A stretch of 64,000 nt of DNA from positions 2,560,001 to 2,624,000 of the forward strand of contig OZ220691.1 in NCBI GenBank assembly GCA_965116475.1. The letters run 5' to 3'. A program made the translations under genes and the position numbers. The notes under the pieces were generated by a model. The model made no database searches, was not told the DNA's origin, and was given only the letters and a program-made list of their open reading frames with translations. Source of the stretch: Gemmatimonadota bacterium. Its GTDB lineage: Bacteria > Gemmatimonadota > Gemmatimonadetes > Palauibacterales > Palauibacteraceae. Shown here one piece after another: positions 44,911 to 58,075 of this stretch. Numbering within the stretch: position 1 is the first letter of the stretch; the number at the start of each line of letters is the position of its first letter.

Positions 44911-47559
44911 ATGGCCACGCCCCCCCCGGACCCGGACGGACACTCGCCGCTCATCCGGCAATACCTCGACATCAAGTCGCGCCATCCCGATTCGCTCCTC
45001 TTCTTCCGGGTCGGCGATTTCTACGAGATGTTCTTCGAGGACGCGGAGGAGGGGAGCGGCCTGCTGGGACTCACCCTCACCGCGCGCAACAACGGCGGAA
45101 AGCGGGACGTTCCCCTCGCTGGCGTCCCCGTGAAGGCCGTGAACGAGTACGTCTCCCGCCTGCTCGAGATGGGACGCCGCGTGGCGATCTGCGAGCAACT
45201 CGAGGATCCGGCGGAGGCGCGGGGGATCGTGCGGCGGGACGTCGTCGAGATCATCACGCCGGGCACGGTCCTCGAGGACAAGCTCCTCGCGGCGCGCCGC
45301 AACAACTACGTGGTCGCGATCGCCGGCGACGCCCCGTTCGGGCTCGCCGCGGTCGATCTTTCGACCGGCGAGTTCGAGCTTCGCGAGGTGGCGGCGCCCG
45401 ACCTCGACGACGAACTGGGGCGACTCGAGCCGGCCGAGATCGTGATCCCCGAGGAGGCGGCGGCGCCGGCCGGGCCCTGGCACCTGACCGAGCGGCCCGC
45501 CTGGCGCTTCGACGCTTCGCTCGGGGACGAGCGGCTCCGGCAGTGGTTCGGGGTCTCCTCCACCACCGGGTTCGGCCTCGACGCCGCGCGCGACCCGCTC
45601 CTCCTCGCGGCGAGCGGCGCCCTCCTCGGCTACCTCGACGAGGTGCGGCCGGCCGGCCTCGACCACCTGCGGCCGCCGCGGGTGGACCGGGCCGGACGCG
45701 TCATGTACCTGGACGAGATGACCCGGCGGAACCTCGAACTCGTGGAACCCCTGCGCCCCGGCGAGGGGGCGTCGCTGCTCGCCCTCGTCGACCGCACGCG
45801 GACCCCGATGGGGGCGCGCCTGCTGCGGCGGCGCCTGCTGCGCCCGCTCGTCGTCCGCGGCGAGATCGCGGTCCGCCTCGACGCCGTGCAGGAACTCGTC
45901 GAGCGGGCGGAGGAGCGCGAGCGCATCCGCGGCGCGCTCCGCCCGATCCGCGACCTGGAGCGGCTCGCCGCCCGCGTCTCCACCGGCCGGGCGGCGCCCC
46001 GGGAACTCCTCGGCCTCGGCCTCTCGCTCGACGCGCTGCCCGGGCTCGCGGCCGCCCTTTCGCCGCTGGAGGCCGACCGTCTCGCCGAACTTCGCTCCGG
46101 CTTCGATCCGCTCAGGGACGTGGCGACCCGCATCGAAGACGCCATCGACCCCGAGTCCCCCCACGCCCTCAAGGACGGCGGCGTGATCCGGAGCGGCTTC
46201 TCGGCCGAACTCGACGAACTGCGCGGTGTGCGCGGCGGCGCGGTCGACTTCATCGCCGGCATGCAGGTAAGGGAGCGGGACCGCACCGGCATCGACACGC
46301 TGAAGATCGGCTTCAACAAGGTGTTCGGGTACTATCTCGAGGTCACGCGCTCGAAGCTCGACCGCGTGCCCGAGGAGTGGACCCGGCGCCAGACGCTCAC
46401 CAACGCCGAGCGGTATCTCACGCCGGAACTCAAGGAGTGGGAGGCGAAGGTCCTCGGGGCCGGCGATGAGATCGCGCGGCTCGAGGCGCAGCTTTTCCAT
46501 GCGCTGCGGGACGCCGTCGGTGCCGAGGTCGGGCGGATTCAGGCGACCGCGGCCCTCGTCGCCGAGATCGACTTCCTTGCCTGTCTCGCCGAGGTCGCCG
46601 CCGCCGAGGACTACGTGCGTCCGCGGCTGAGCGACGACGTCGTGTTCGACATCGAGGAGGGCCGGCACCCGGTCGTCGAGACCGCGGTCGCGAGAGAAAA
46701 CTTCATCCCGAACGACATGCGGCTGGACGAAGAGCGACGCACCCTGATCGTCACCGGCCCCAACATGGCGGGGAAGTCGACGGTTCTGCGCCAGGCGGGG
46801 CTCATCGCGCTCATGGCGCACATCGGTTCCTTCGTCCCGGCTCGCCGCGCCCGCATCGGGGTATGCGATCGTGTGTTCACGCGCGTGGGCGCGAGCGACA
46901 ACCTCGCGGCGGGGCAGAGCACCTTCATGGTGGAGATGACGGAAACCGCGACCATCCTGCACGGCGCCACCGAGCGCTCGCTCGTCCTCCTCGACGAGAT
47001 CGGACGGGGCACGTCGACGTACGACGGCCTCTCGATCGCGTGGGCGGTGACCGAGCGGCTGCACGAACTCGGCGCGCGCACGGTGTTCGCCACCCATTAC
47101 CACGAACTCGTCGGCCTCGCGGAGTCGCTGCCGCGCGCGGCCGCCTTCAACGTCGCGGTGCGCGAGACCGGTCAGGACATCGCCTTCCTCTACCGGCTGC
47201 AACCGGGAGGCTCGGATCGTTCCTACGGCGTCCACGTCGCCCGGCTGGCCGGGCTGCCGCCCGATGTCGTGGGACGCGCCGGCCGCATCCTCGGCGTGCT
47301 CGAGAGCGGGCCGTGGGGCGCCGGCGGCCGCGGCGCCGCGCTCGCCGAGGCCGGGATGGGGCAGCTCTCCCTCTTCGAGGCCGCCGCCGGCCCGAAGGGC
47401 GGCCCGGCGCCATCCGGCGCGCCCGGCGGGGCCGAGAGTGCGGACCTCGCCGCCGCCCGCGCGGTGCTCGACAAGCTGGACGGGCTCGACCTGGAAGGGA
47501 TGACGCCGCTCGAAGCGTTGAACATGCTCGCCGAGTGGAAGGCGTTCGCCGATGCCTAG
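44911..47559 (+). CDS. mutS: DNA mismatch repair protein MutS
   Basis: GDFYEMF, TGPNMAGKST, STFMVEM, DEIGRGTST, ATHYHEL, SYGVHVA. Confidence 0.97.
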   Translation: MATPPPDPDGHSPLIRQYLDIKSRHPDSLLFFRVGDFYEMFFEDAEEGSGLLGLTLTARNNGGKRDVPLAGVPVKAVNEYVSRLLEMGRRVAICEQLEDPAEARGIVRRDVVEIITPGTVLEDKLLAARRNNYVVAIAGDAPFGLAAVDLSTGEFELREVAAPDLDDELGRLEPAEIVIPEEAAAPAGPWHLTERPAWRFDASLGDERLRQWFGVSSTTGFGLDAARDPLLLAASGALLGYLDEVRPAGLDHLRPPRVDRAGRVMYLDEMTRRNLELVEPLRPGEGASLLALVDRTRTPMGARLLRRRLLRPLVVRGEIAVRLDAVQELVERAEERERIRGALRPIRDLERLAARVSTGRAAPRELLGLGLSLDALPGLAAALSPLEADRLAELRSGFDPLRDVATRIEDAIDPESPHALKDGGVIRSGFSAELDELRGVRGGAVDFIAGMQVRERDRTGIDTLKIGFNKVFGYYLEVTRSKLDRVPEEWTRRQTLTNAERYLTPELKEWEAKVLGAGDEIARLEAQLFHALRDAVGAEVGRIQATAALVAEIDFLACLAEVAAAEDYVRPRLSDDVVFDIEEGRHPVVETAVARENFIPNDMRLDEERRTLIVTGPNMAGKSTVLRQAGLIALMAHIGSFVPARRARIGVCDRVFTRVGASDNLAAGQSTFMVEMTETATILHGATERSLVLLDEIGRGTSTYDGLSIAWAVTERLHELGARTVFATHYHELVGLAESLPRAAAFNVAVRETGQDIAFLYRLQPGGSDRSYGVHVARLAGLPPDVVGRAGRILGVLESGPWGAGGRGAALAEAGMGQLSLFEAAAGPKGGPAPSGAPGGAESADLAAARAVLDKLDGLDLEGMTPLEALNMLAEWKAFADA

Positions 47560-48031
47560 TGTCGTGTCGCAGAAATCTGCGCGTCACCGAGCGTGCCGAA
47601 GCGCCGGGTCCCGCGTGGCGCTCGCCGGCGCCGTGCTCCCCGTGCTCGCCGTGCTCGCCGGCGCCGCGTCCGCCGGGTGCGCGGACGAGCCCGGCCCGGA
47701 AGTCGGCGCGCTGCGCGTGGACCAGCTCCGGGAGGGCGGTCTCGTGTGGCCCGTGCTCGAATCACCGTCGTCCCCCGCGTTCCCGTACCCGGCCCAGGCC
47801 CTCGAGGCGGGCGCCGGGGGAGACATCCTCCTCCGCATCCGGATCTCGGATACCGGCCGCGTCGACTCCGTCGCGATCGTGACGTCATCGGGACACGCGG
47901 TCCTCGACTCGGCCGCGGTGGAAGGCGCCCGCCTCCTCCAGTACCGGCCGGCGCGGCACGGCGGCGCCCCCACCGCCATCTGGGCGCGCCTCCCCGTCAG
48001 CTATCCCGTGCCCTCGTCGTCCGGTGGCTGA
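47552..48031 (+). CDS. TonB C-terminal domain protein
   Basis: YPAQA...G.ILLRIRISDTGRV...SSGHAVLDSAA...YRPA motif with N-terminal hydrophobic anchor. Confidence 0.82.
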   Translation: MPSVVSQKSARHRACRSAGSRVALAGAVLPVLAVLAGAASAGCADEPGPEVGALRVDQLREGGLVWPVLESPSSPAFPYPAQALEAGAGGDILLRIRISDTGRVDSVAIVTSSGHAVLDSAAVEGARLLQYRPARHGGAPTAIWARLPVSYPVPSSSGG

Positions 48032-49244
48032 CCGCCGCGTGCGCGTCGGCGTGCTCTTCGGCGGCGAGTCCCCGGAGCACGAAGTATCGCTCCGCTCGGC
48101 GAAGAACGTCATCGAGGCGATCGACCGCGAGCGCTGCGACATCGTGCTCATCGGCATCGACCGCCGCGGCCGCTGGCACCTCGCCGACGAATCGCGCTTT
48201 CTCCGGCACGCCTCGGACCCGCGGCGCATCCGCCTCCCGGACGCGCCGGTCAGGCTCGCCCTCACACCCGGCCGCCGGGCCCGGATCGTCCCCGTCGCCC
48301 CGCACGACCCCGGCGACCCCGGCGAGCCCGGCGGCCCCGGCGAGCCCGGCGGCTCCGGCGGGGTACGCCCGGCGTCGGCCGAGTTGCCGGAACTCGACGT
48401 CATCTTTCCCGTCCTGCACGGCCCCTTCGGCGAGGACGGCACCGTCCAGGGGCTCCTGCGGCTCGCGCACCTCCCGTTCGTCGGGCCCGGGATCCTCGGC
48501 TCGGCCGTGTGCATGGACAAGGATGTGGCCAAGCGGCTGCTGCGCGACGCCGGCATTCCCGTCGCGCCCTTCATCACCGTCCTCTCCCGGGACGAGGCTC
48601 CCTCGTGGGACGAGGCCGTGGCCGCCCTCGACGCCCCGATCTTCGTCAAGCCGGCGAACATGGGGTCGTCCGTCGGCGTGTCGAAGGTCGCGACGGATCC
48701 CGACTACCGGCGGGCGCTCGACGAGGCCTTCTCCTTCGACACCAAGGTGCTCCTCGAACGGACGGTCCGGGGCCGTGAGATCGAGCTCTCCGTTCTCGGG
48801 AACGAGACTCCCGAAGCCTCGGTTCCGGGGGAGATCGCCCCCACGCACGCCTTCTACTCCTACGAAGCCAAATACCTGGATCACGACGGCGCGGACCTGA
48901 TCATCCCCGCGGACCTTGATGCCGAGACCACGGCCCGCGCTCGCGAGATCGCCGTTCGCGCCTTCCGCGTGCTATGCTGCGAGGGGATGGCGCGCGTCGA
49001 CCTCTTCCTCGCGACGGAGGCTTGCGGCCCGCTGCCGGCGGGTTCACTGGTGGTGAACGAGATCAACACGTTGCCGGGCTTCACCCGGATCAGCATGTAC
49101 CCGAAGCTCTGGGAGGCGAGCGGCGTGTCCTATCCGGAACTCATCGACCGTCTCCTGCGGCTGGCGATCGCGCGTGCGGAGCGTGACGAGCGGCTGGCCT
49201 CCGCCATCGACCTCGAGGGCGGCGGCGAGGCGGGTTCGCGATGA
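48024..49244 (+). CDS. ddl: D-alanine--D-alanine ligase
   Basis: GGESPEHEVS, LHGPFGEDG, GSSVG, FYSYEAKY, NEINTLPG. Confidence 0.95.
   Translation: MADRRVRVGVLFGGESPEHEVSLRSAKNVIEAIDRERCDIVLIGIDRRGRWHLADESRFLRHASDPRRIRLPDAPVRLALTPGRRARIVPVAPHDPGDPGEPGGPGEPGGSGGVRPASAELPELDVIFPVLHGPFGEDGTVQGLLRLAHLPFVGPGILGSAVCMDKDVAKRLLRDAGIPVAPFITVLSRDEAPSWDEAVAALDAPIFVKPANMGSSVGVSKVATDPDYRRALDEAFSFDTKVLLERTVRGREIELSVLGNETPEASVPGEIAPTHAFYSYEAKYLDHDGADLIIPADLDAETTARAREIAVRAFRVLCCEGMARVDLFLATEACGPLPAGSLVVNEINTLPGFTRISMYPKLWEASGVSYPELIDRLLRLAIARAERDERLASAIDLEGGGEAGSR
48306..48359 (+). repeat. In-frame 9-nt tandem repeat x6 in ddl (DPG/EPG/GPG)
   Basis: GACCCCGGC x2, GAGCCCGGC, GGCCCCGGC, GAGCCCGGC, GGCTCCGGC. 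Confidence 0.9.
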
Positions 49245-50107
49245 TGAGACGGCCCGCGTACCAGACCGGCGGGGTCCGCTTCGGCCACGGCTTCCCGATG
49301 AGCCGCTGGGTGCTGCGCCTCATGATCGCGAACTTCGCGATCTTCCTCCTCATGGCGCTGCGGATCGTGCCCGTCGCGGCGGTCGACTGGCTCGGCTTCG
49401 CCGTCCCCGGCTTCCTCACGCGCCCGTGGACCGTCGTCACCTACATGTTCGTGCACGGCGGCTTCATGCACGTGTTCATGAACATGCTCGCCCTCTTCTT
49501 CTTCGGCCCGCCGCTCGAACAGAAGTGGGGCAGCCGTTTCTTCCTCCGCTTCTACCTCGCGACCGGACTCGGGGCGGCGGCCTTCTCCGTCCTGCTCTAC
49601 TCGCTCACGGGGCCGACGATCATGGTGGGCGCTTCGGGCGCCATCTTCGGCATCCTCGTGGCCTTCGCCCTCAACTGGCCGGACGCGAAGATCTACCTCT
49701 ACTTCGTCTTCCCCGTGCCGGCGAAGTGGTTCGTGGCCGCGCTCGGCGCCTTCACCCTCCTCTCGACCGTGCAGGGGTCGGCGGACGGCGTGGCGCACTG
49801 GGCGCACCTCGGCGGACTCGTGACCGGGTTCGTCTATCTCCGCTACGGAGAACGCATCGGCCGCCTCGCGCAAAGCCTCCTCTACAAGGAACGGCCGGCG
49901 ACCCCGCGCGCCCCGCCGCCGGCCCCCACGCCGCGGCGCCGCCGCCGGGCGGAGGGGGATTCTCTCGATGAAGTGGACCGGATCCTCGACAAGATTCGCG
50001 AGAGCGGCATGGACTCCCTGTCGGCGCGCGAACGCGCCTTCCTCGACGAGGTGAGCCGGCAGTACCAGCAGACGAAGGGCACTCGGGAGAAAACCCGCAC
50101 GCACTAG
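49241..50107 (+). CDS. Rhomboid intramembrane serine protease with C-terminal soluble extension
   Basis: HVFMNM, GASG, AHLGG; C-terminal VDRILDKIRESGMDSLS. Confidence 0.92.
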   Translation: MMRRPAYQTGGVRFGHGFPMSRWVLRLMIANFAIFLLMALRIVPVAAVDWLGFAVPGFLTRPWTVVTYMFVHGGFMHVFMNMLALFFFGPPLEQKWGSRFFLRFYLATGLGAAAFSVLLYSLTGPTIMVGASGAIFGILVAFALNWPDAKIYLYFVFPVPAKWFVAALGAFTLLSTVQGSADGVAHWAHLGGLVTGFVYLRYGERIGRLAQSLLYKERPATPRAPPPAPTPRRRRRAEGDSLDEVDRILDKIRESGMDSLSARERAFLDEVSRQYQQTKGTREKTRTH

Positions 50108-50259
50108 AGTTTTTTGCCGCCGGTTTCTACAATGTCCGCCCCGCGCGACCCCCCGGCCGGGGAGCGTCACGCACGGAGCGGCCCGTGGCCGTAGCAAAGC
50201 GCCTGTCGCGGGCCGCCAGCCCCGGTGTCATCCCAGGCAGAAGAGTACGGGAGGTGTAC

Positions 50260-52350
50260 ATGGCGTCTGCCGCCTCGGAACATCAAACGCGGAACCTTCG
50301 CAACGTCGTCCTCTTCGGGCACGGGGGGGCCGGAAAGACCACGCTCGTGGACGCGATGTGCTACATCGCCGGCGGAACCACGCGGAAGGGCGACGTCCAG
50401 AAGGGGAACGCGCTCACCGACTTCACGCCGGAAGAGACCGGCCACAAGATCTCGATCAACCTCTCCGTCGCCCACGCCGCCCGGAACGGCGTGCGGATCA
50501 ACCTCATCGACACGCCCGGCTACCTGGATTTTCTGGGCGAAGTCGTGGCGGGGATCTGCGTGGCGGACGCCGGCATCTGCGTCATCGATGCGATCTCCGG
50601 CGTCGAGGTGGGGACGGAGAGGACCTGGGCCGCCGCGGACGCCGCGAGCCTGCCGCGGGCTGTCTTCGTCTCGATGATGGACCGGGACAACGCGGACTTC
50701 CGCAACACGCTCGGTCAGATCCGGGACGAACTCACCTCGGCTGCGATGCCGGTCCACGTCCCCATCGGGGCGGGCGCCGACTTCAGCGGCTTCGTCGACC
50801 TGCTCACGATGAAGGCCCACACCTTCAAGGGAGGGGACAAGGGCGCGGCCGGCGTGGCCGATGCGCCCGACGACGTCGCGTCGGAGGTGGAGGATCTCAG
50901 GGAGGAACTCATCGAAGCGATCGTGTCGGGGGATGACGACCTGCTCGAAGCCTATTTCGAGGGAGAGGACCTCGACCCCGGCCGGCTCGGCGAGGCCTTC
51001 TCGGAGGCGATCCGCTCCGGCGACATCGTCCCCGTGTTCTGCGGTTCGTGCCAGACGAGCGCGGGCGTGCCGGCGCTCATGGACCGCATCGTGGAACTCT
51101 TCCCCTCGCCCGACCGCGCCGCCCCCCGAACCGCGCACGACGGCAACGGCGAAGTGACTCTGGAGCCGGGAGCCGCCGCGCCCACCGCGGCGCTCGTCTT
51201 CAAGACCACGTCCGAACCCCACGTCGGCGACCTGAGCTATTTCCGCGTCTTCTCCGGCCGCATTACGAACGGCGTCACGCTCGCGAACCCCGACCGTTCC
51301 GCGAACGAGCGCCTCGCGCACCTCGCGATTCCGCACGGATCGCGCCGCATCGACGTCGAGGCGCTGAACCCCGGCGACATCGGGGTCGTGACCAAGCTCA
51401 AGGACACGCACACCGGGGACACCCTCTGCGACAGCGGGAGCCAGCTCTCCTTCGGGGGCATCGAGTGGCCGCAGCCCGACCTCTCCCTCGCCGTCACGGC
51501 CCGCACGCGCGCCGACGAGGACAAGATCGGCAGCGGCCTCGCGAAGCTGCACGAGGAGGATCCGACCTTCTCCTCCGGCTACGATCCCGAGCGCGGGCAG
51601 ACGATCATCCGCGGGCTGGGGGAGATCCACCTCAACATCTCGCTGGAGAAGATGACCCGGAAGTACGGGGTCAACGTGGACACGCACCAGCCGAACATCG
51701 CCTACCGCGAGACGATCACGAAGACCGCGGAGGGGCAGGGGCGCCACAAGAAGCAGTCGGGCGGGCGCGGGCAGTTCGGCGATTGCTACATCCGGCTCAG
51801 CCCGTTGCCGCGCGGGGAAGGGTACAAGTTCGTCGACTCGATCAAGGGCGGCGTGATCCCGACCAAGTTCGTCCCGGCCGTGGGGAAGGGGATCGGGGAG
51901 GCCTCGGGCAGAGGCGTGCTCGCCGGCTACCCCGTCGTCGACTTCCAGGCCGAGTGCTACGACGGCTCGCATCACTCCGTGGACAGCTCGGACATCGCCT
52001 TCCAGATCGCGGGCTCGATCGCGTTCCAGAAGGTGGCGCGGGACGCGAACCCCGTGATCCTCGAGCCGATCATGGAGATCGAGGTCGAGACGCCCGAGGA
52101 ATACATGGGCGAGGTGATGGGAGACCTGAACCAGCGGCGGGGCCGCGTGCTCGGCATGGACTCGAAGGGGCGGCGGCAGATCGTGAAGGCGCACGTCCCC
52201 CAGGCCGAACTCTACAAGTACTCCGCCGCGCTGCGCTCCCTGACGCACGGAAAGGCGACGCACACGCGCAGCCTGGCTGCGTACGAGCAGGTTCCTCCGC
52301 ATGTTCAGGAGAAGGTGATCGCCGAGTCGCAGCGCGACGACGACCAGTAG
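50260..52350 (+). CDS. fusA2: Elongation factor G paralog (EF-G2-like)
   Basis: Full EF-G architecture (GHGGAGKTT, YRETI, KQSGGRGQFG, HSVDSS, ILEPI) with divergent G2-G4 motifs; not in an rpsL-rpsG operon. Confidence 0.9.
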   Translation: MASAASEHQTRNLRNVVLFGHGGAGKTTLVDAMCYIAGGTTRKGDVQKGNALTDFTPEETGHKISINLSVAHAARNGVRINLIDTPGYLDFLGEVVAGICVADAGICVIDAISGVEVGTERTWAAADAASLPRAVFVSMMDRDNADFRNTLGQIRDELTSAAMPVHVPIGAGADFSGFVDLLTMKAHTFKGGDKGAAGVADAPDDVASEVEDLREELIEAIVSGDDDLLEAYFEGEDLDPGRLGEAFSEAIRSGDIVPVFCGSCQTSAGVPALMDRIVELFPSPDRAAPRTAHDGNGEVTLEPGAAAPTAALVFKTTSEPHVGDLSYFRVFSGRITNGVTLANPDRSANERLAHLAIPHGSRRIDVEALNPGDIGVVTKLKDTHTGDTLCDSGSQLSFGGIEWPQPDLSLAVTARTRADEDKIGSGLAKLHEEDPTFSSGYDPERGQTIIRGLGEIHLNISLEKMTRKYGVNVDTHQPNIAYRETITKTAEGQGRHKKQSGGRGQFGDCYIRLSPLPRGEGYKFVDSIKGGVIPTKFVPAVGKGIGEASGRGVLAGYPVVDFQAECYDGSHHSVDSSDIAFQIAGSIAFQKVARDANPVILEPIMEIEVETPEEYMGEVMGDLNQRRGRVLGMDSKGRRQIVKAHVPQAELYKYSAALRSLTHGKATHTRSLAAYEQVPPHVQEKVIAESQRDDDQ

Positions 52351-52388
52351 CGCGACTCTACACCAGGAAGACGAGCGGGCGGTAGCCG

Positions 52389-53141
52389 GTGGCGGGCCAT
52401 TCGAAGTGGTCGAAGATCAAGCGCCAGAAGGCGGTGACCGACAAGGCGAAGGGGAAGCTGTTCTCCAAGCTCGGTCGCGAAATCGCCGTGGCGGCGCGGG
52501 AAGGCGGAGGAGACCCCGACTTCAATCCGCGCCTGCGCACCGCGATCGACAACGCCAAGAGCCAGCGGATGCCGGCCGACAACATCGATCGGGCGGTGCG
52601 GCGCGGGACCGGGGACCTGCCGGGCGCGAGCTTCGAGGAGGTCACGCACGAAGGCTATGCGCCGGGCGGCGCGGCGCTCTACCTCGAGTGCCTGACGGAC
52701 AACCCCCGGCGCACGCTCGCCGAGCTCCGGCACCTGCTCGACAAGCGGGGCGGCAACCTGGGCCAGAGCGGCTCGGTCGCGTGGATGTTCGAGCGCAAGG
52801 GCCAGATCCTCGTGTCCGCCGACGAGTGCGACGAGGACACGGCGCTCGACGCGGCGCTCGAGGCGGGGGCGGAGAACTTCGAATCCGAGGACGGGATGTA
52901 CGTGGTGACGACGACCGCGCCCGACTTCCACGACGTCCTGGGCGCGTTGCGCGACGCCGGCCTGCCGGTGGAGGAGGCCGAACTCGCGATGGTGCCCAGC
53001 AATACGGTGAAACTGGAGGGGCGCGAGGCGGAGAAGGTGCTCGGCGTCCTGCACGCGCTCGACGAGCACGACGACGTGCTGAAGGTGAATACGAACGTGG
53101 ATCTGGAGGAGGCGGAGGGGGCGGACTGGGAAGCCCCCTGA
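52389..53141 (+). CDS. yebC: YebC/PmpR family protein
   Basis: MAGHSKW, DFNPRLR, EGYAPGG, TDNPRRT. Confidence 0.95.
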   Translation: MAGHSKWSKIKRQKAVTDKAKGKLFSKLGREIAVAAREGGGDPDFNPRLRTAIDNAKSQRMPADNIDRAVRRGTGDLPGASFEEVTHEGYAPGGAALYLECLTDNPRRTLAELRHLLDKRGGNLGQSGSVAWMFERKGQILVSADECDEDTALDAALEAGAENFESEDGMYVVTTTAPDFHDVLGALRDAGLPVEEAELAMVPSNTVKLEGREAEKVLGVLHALDEHDDVLKVNTNVDLEEAEGADWEAP

Positions 53142-53620
53142 CGGTGCTGGGCATCGACCCGGGCACGCGGGCCACCGGATACGGCTTCGTCGAAGGGCGC
53201 CGCCCGGGAGGGCCCGCGCATCGCCTCATCGAGTGCGGCGTCGTGCGGCCGCGCGGAGAGGACCTCCCCGGGCGCCTCGTGGACATCCACACCGCGGCGC
53301 TCGAGCTTATCGACCGGCTCGGGCCGACGTGCGTCGCGATCGAGAGCGCCTTTCACGGGCGGAACGCGCGCACGGCGCTCGTGCTCGGGCACGCGCGCGG
53401 GGTCCTCGTGCTCGCGGCGGCGCTGCGGGGCCTGCCGGTGCACGAGTATGCGCCGCGCGACGTCAAGAAGCGCGTCGTGGGGACGGGCGCCGCGAGCAAG
53501 GAGCAGGTCGGCTTCATGGTCAAGCACCATCTGCGGCTCGGCGAGCCGCCGAGTCCGGCGGACGCGGCGGACGGCTGCGCGGTCGCCCTCTGCCACCTCC
53601 TCGGCGGACCGGTCCGGTGA
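53138..53620 (+). CDS. ruvC: Holliday junction resolvase RuvC
   Basis: LGIDPG, AIESAF, ARGV, VKK..VGTGAASKEQV, DAADGCAVA; start CTG 53138 or GTG 53144. Confidence 0.93.
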   Translation: MTVLGIDPGTRATGYGFVEGRRPGGPAHRLIECGVVRPRGEDLPGRLVDIHTAALELIDRLGPTCVAIESAFHGRNARTALVLGHARGVLVLAAALRGLPVHEYAPRDVKKRVVGTGAASKEQVGFMVKHHLRLGEPPSPADAADGCAVALCHLLGGPVR

Positions 53621-53642
53621 GCCGGGCGCGGCGGAGGCTCCC

Positions 53643-54242
53643 GTGATCCGGCGGCTGCGGGGCGAACTCCTCGCGCGCGCGGACGGCGCCGTCGAGATCC
53701 TCACGGGCGACGGCGTCGGCTACGAGGTCGGCGTGCCGCTCGGGCTCGCCGGACGCCTGCCGCCCGAGGGGTCCGAGGTCGAACTGCACACCGTCCTTGT
53801 CGTGCGCGACGACGTCTTCGAGCTGTTCGGCTTCGAGACGCCGGGCGACCGCGAACTCTTCCAGCGGCTCCGCGTCCCGAGCGGCGTGGGTCCGCGGCTG
53901 GCGCTCGCGATCCTGGGGGCGCTTCGGCCCGAACGCGTCGTGCGCGCGATCCGGGCCAAGGACCATCGCACGCTCCAGACCGTGAGCGGCGTGGGCAAGA
54001 AGACCGCCGAGCGCATCGTGATCGAACTCAGCGACAAGCTCGACGACCTCGGCGACATGGGCGACGATCCCGTGCCGGGCGACGGAGTCGCCGCGGCCGC
54101 CGTGCAGGCGCTGCGCGGGCTCGGCTACCCGCGCTCCCAGAGCGAGAACGCCGTCAGCCGCGCCCTGCAGGGGCTCGCGGACGCCGGGGAGCCGGACGTC
54201 GGCGCCGAGGAACTCGTGCGCCGCGCGCTGCAGCACGTATGA
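53643..54242 (+). CDS. ruvA: Holliday junction branch migration protein RuvA
   Basis: [43 protein letters not shown]. Confidence 0.95.
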   Translation: MIRRLRGELLARADGAVEILTGDGVGYEVGVPLGLAGRLPPEGSEVELHTVLVVRDDVFELFGFETPGDRELFQRLRVPSGVGPRLALAILGALRPERVVRAIRAKDHRTLQTVSGVGKKTAERIVIELSDKLDDLGDMGDDPVPGDGVAAAAVQALRGLGYPRSQSENAVSRALQGLADAGEPDVGAEELVRRALQHV

Positions 54243-55379
54243 CGGCGCCGGGGCCGCCGGGCCGGTCGGGCGACACGCGGCATGCGGGCGACGAGGCCGA
54301 CGCAGGCGACGCGGGCGAGGCCCCTTCGCGCACGGAGATCACGACGCCCGAGGTGCTCGAGAGCGATGAGCGTCCGGACGCCTCGCTGCGCCCGCAGCGG
54401 CTCGACGAGTTCATCGGCCAGGCGCGGGTCAAGGAGAGCCTCTCCGTCTTCGTGGAGGCGGCGCTCGGCCGCGAGGAGGCGCTCGACCACACCCTCTTCT
54501 ACGGCCCGCCGGGCCTCGGGAAGACGACGCTCGCCCTCCTCCTCGCCGGGGAACTCGGGGTCGGGATCAAGCTCACCTCCGGCCCCGTGCTCGAGAAGCC
54601 GGGCGATCTCGCGGGCCTGCTCACGAACCTCCCGCCGCGCGGGATCCTCTTCATCGACGAAATCCACCGCCTGCGGCCCGTGATCGAGGAGTTCCTCTAT
54701 CCCGCGATGGAGGACTATCGCATCGAGATCCGGCTCGGCGACGGCCCGCGCGTGGAGACCTTCTCGATGAAGCTCGAGCGCTTCACGCTCGTGGGCGCGA
54801 CCACCCGTTTCGGGCTCCTGACCGCCCCGATGCGCGCGCGCTTCGGCGTCGTCGAGCGCCTCGGCTACTACCCGCCGGCCGAACTCGCGCGCATCGTCAC
54901 GCGCTCCGCGAGCCTCCTCGACATCCCCATCACGCCCGGCGGGGCGGAGGAGATCGCTCGCCGGGCGCGCGGCACGCCCCGCATCGCGAACCGCCTCCTG
55001 CGCCGCGTCCGCGACTACGCGCAGGTGCGGAGCGAGGGCACGATCGATTCCGCGACGGCCGAGAAGGGCCTTACGCTGCTCAACGTCGACGAGTACGGCC
55101 TCGATGAGATGGACGCGCGCGTGCTGAAGGCGATCATCGAGACCTTCGAGGGGGGGCCGGTGGGGCTCGCCTCGCTCGCGGTCGCGGTGGGCGAGGACGC
55201 GGGAACGCTCGAGGAGGTCTACGAGCCGTACCTGATCCAGAACGGCTACATGCAGCGCACGTCGCGCGGCCGCGTGGCCACCCGGAAGGCGTACGAGCGC
55301 TTCGGCTACGCCCTCCCGGGCGGCCCGGAAGGCTCGGAGGGCGGGGCACAGGGCGGGGCACAGGGCGCGTTGTTCGGCG

Positions 55380-55390
<11 letters not shown>
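54239..55390 (+). CDS. ruvB: Holliday junction helicase RuvB
   Basis: [40 protein letters not shown]...RGR. Confidence 0.97.
55337..55369 (+). repeat. In-frame 12-nt tandem repeat in the ruvB tail (QGGA)
   Basis: GAGGGCGGGGCA CAGGGCGGGGCA CAGGGCGCG. Confidence 0.75.
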
Positions 55391-58044
<2,654 letters not shown>

Positions 58045-58075
58045 CCCCCCTCCGTGTTCGACGCGTGGTCCGGCC

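Noticed and set aside
48024..49244. Van-type D-Ala-D-Lac ligase
   Set aside because: The omega loop FYSYEAKY has the Tyr of ordinary Ddl and there are no vanH/vanX/vanRS neighbours.
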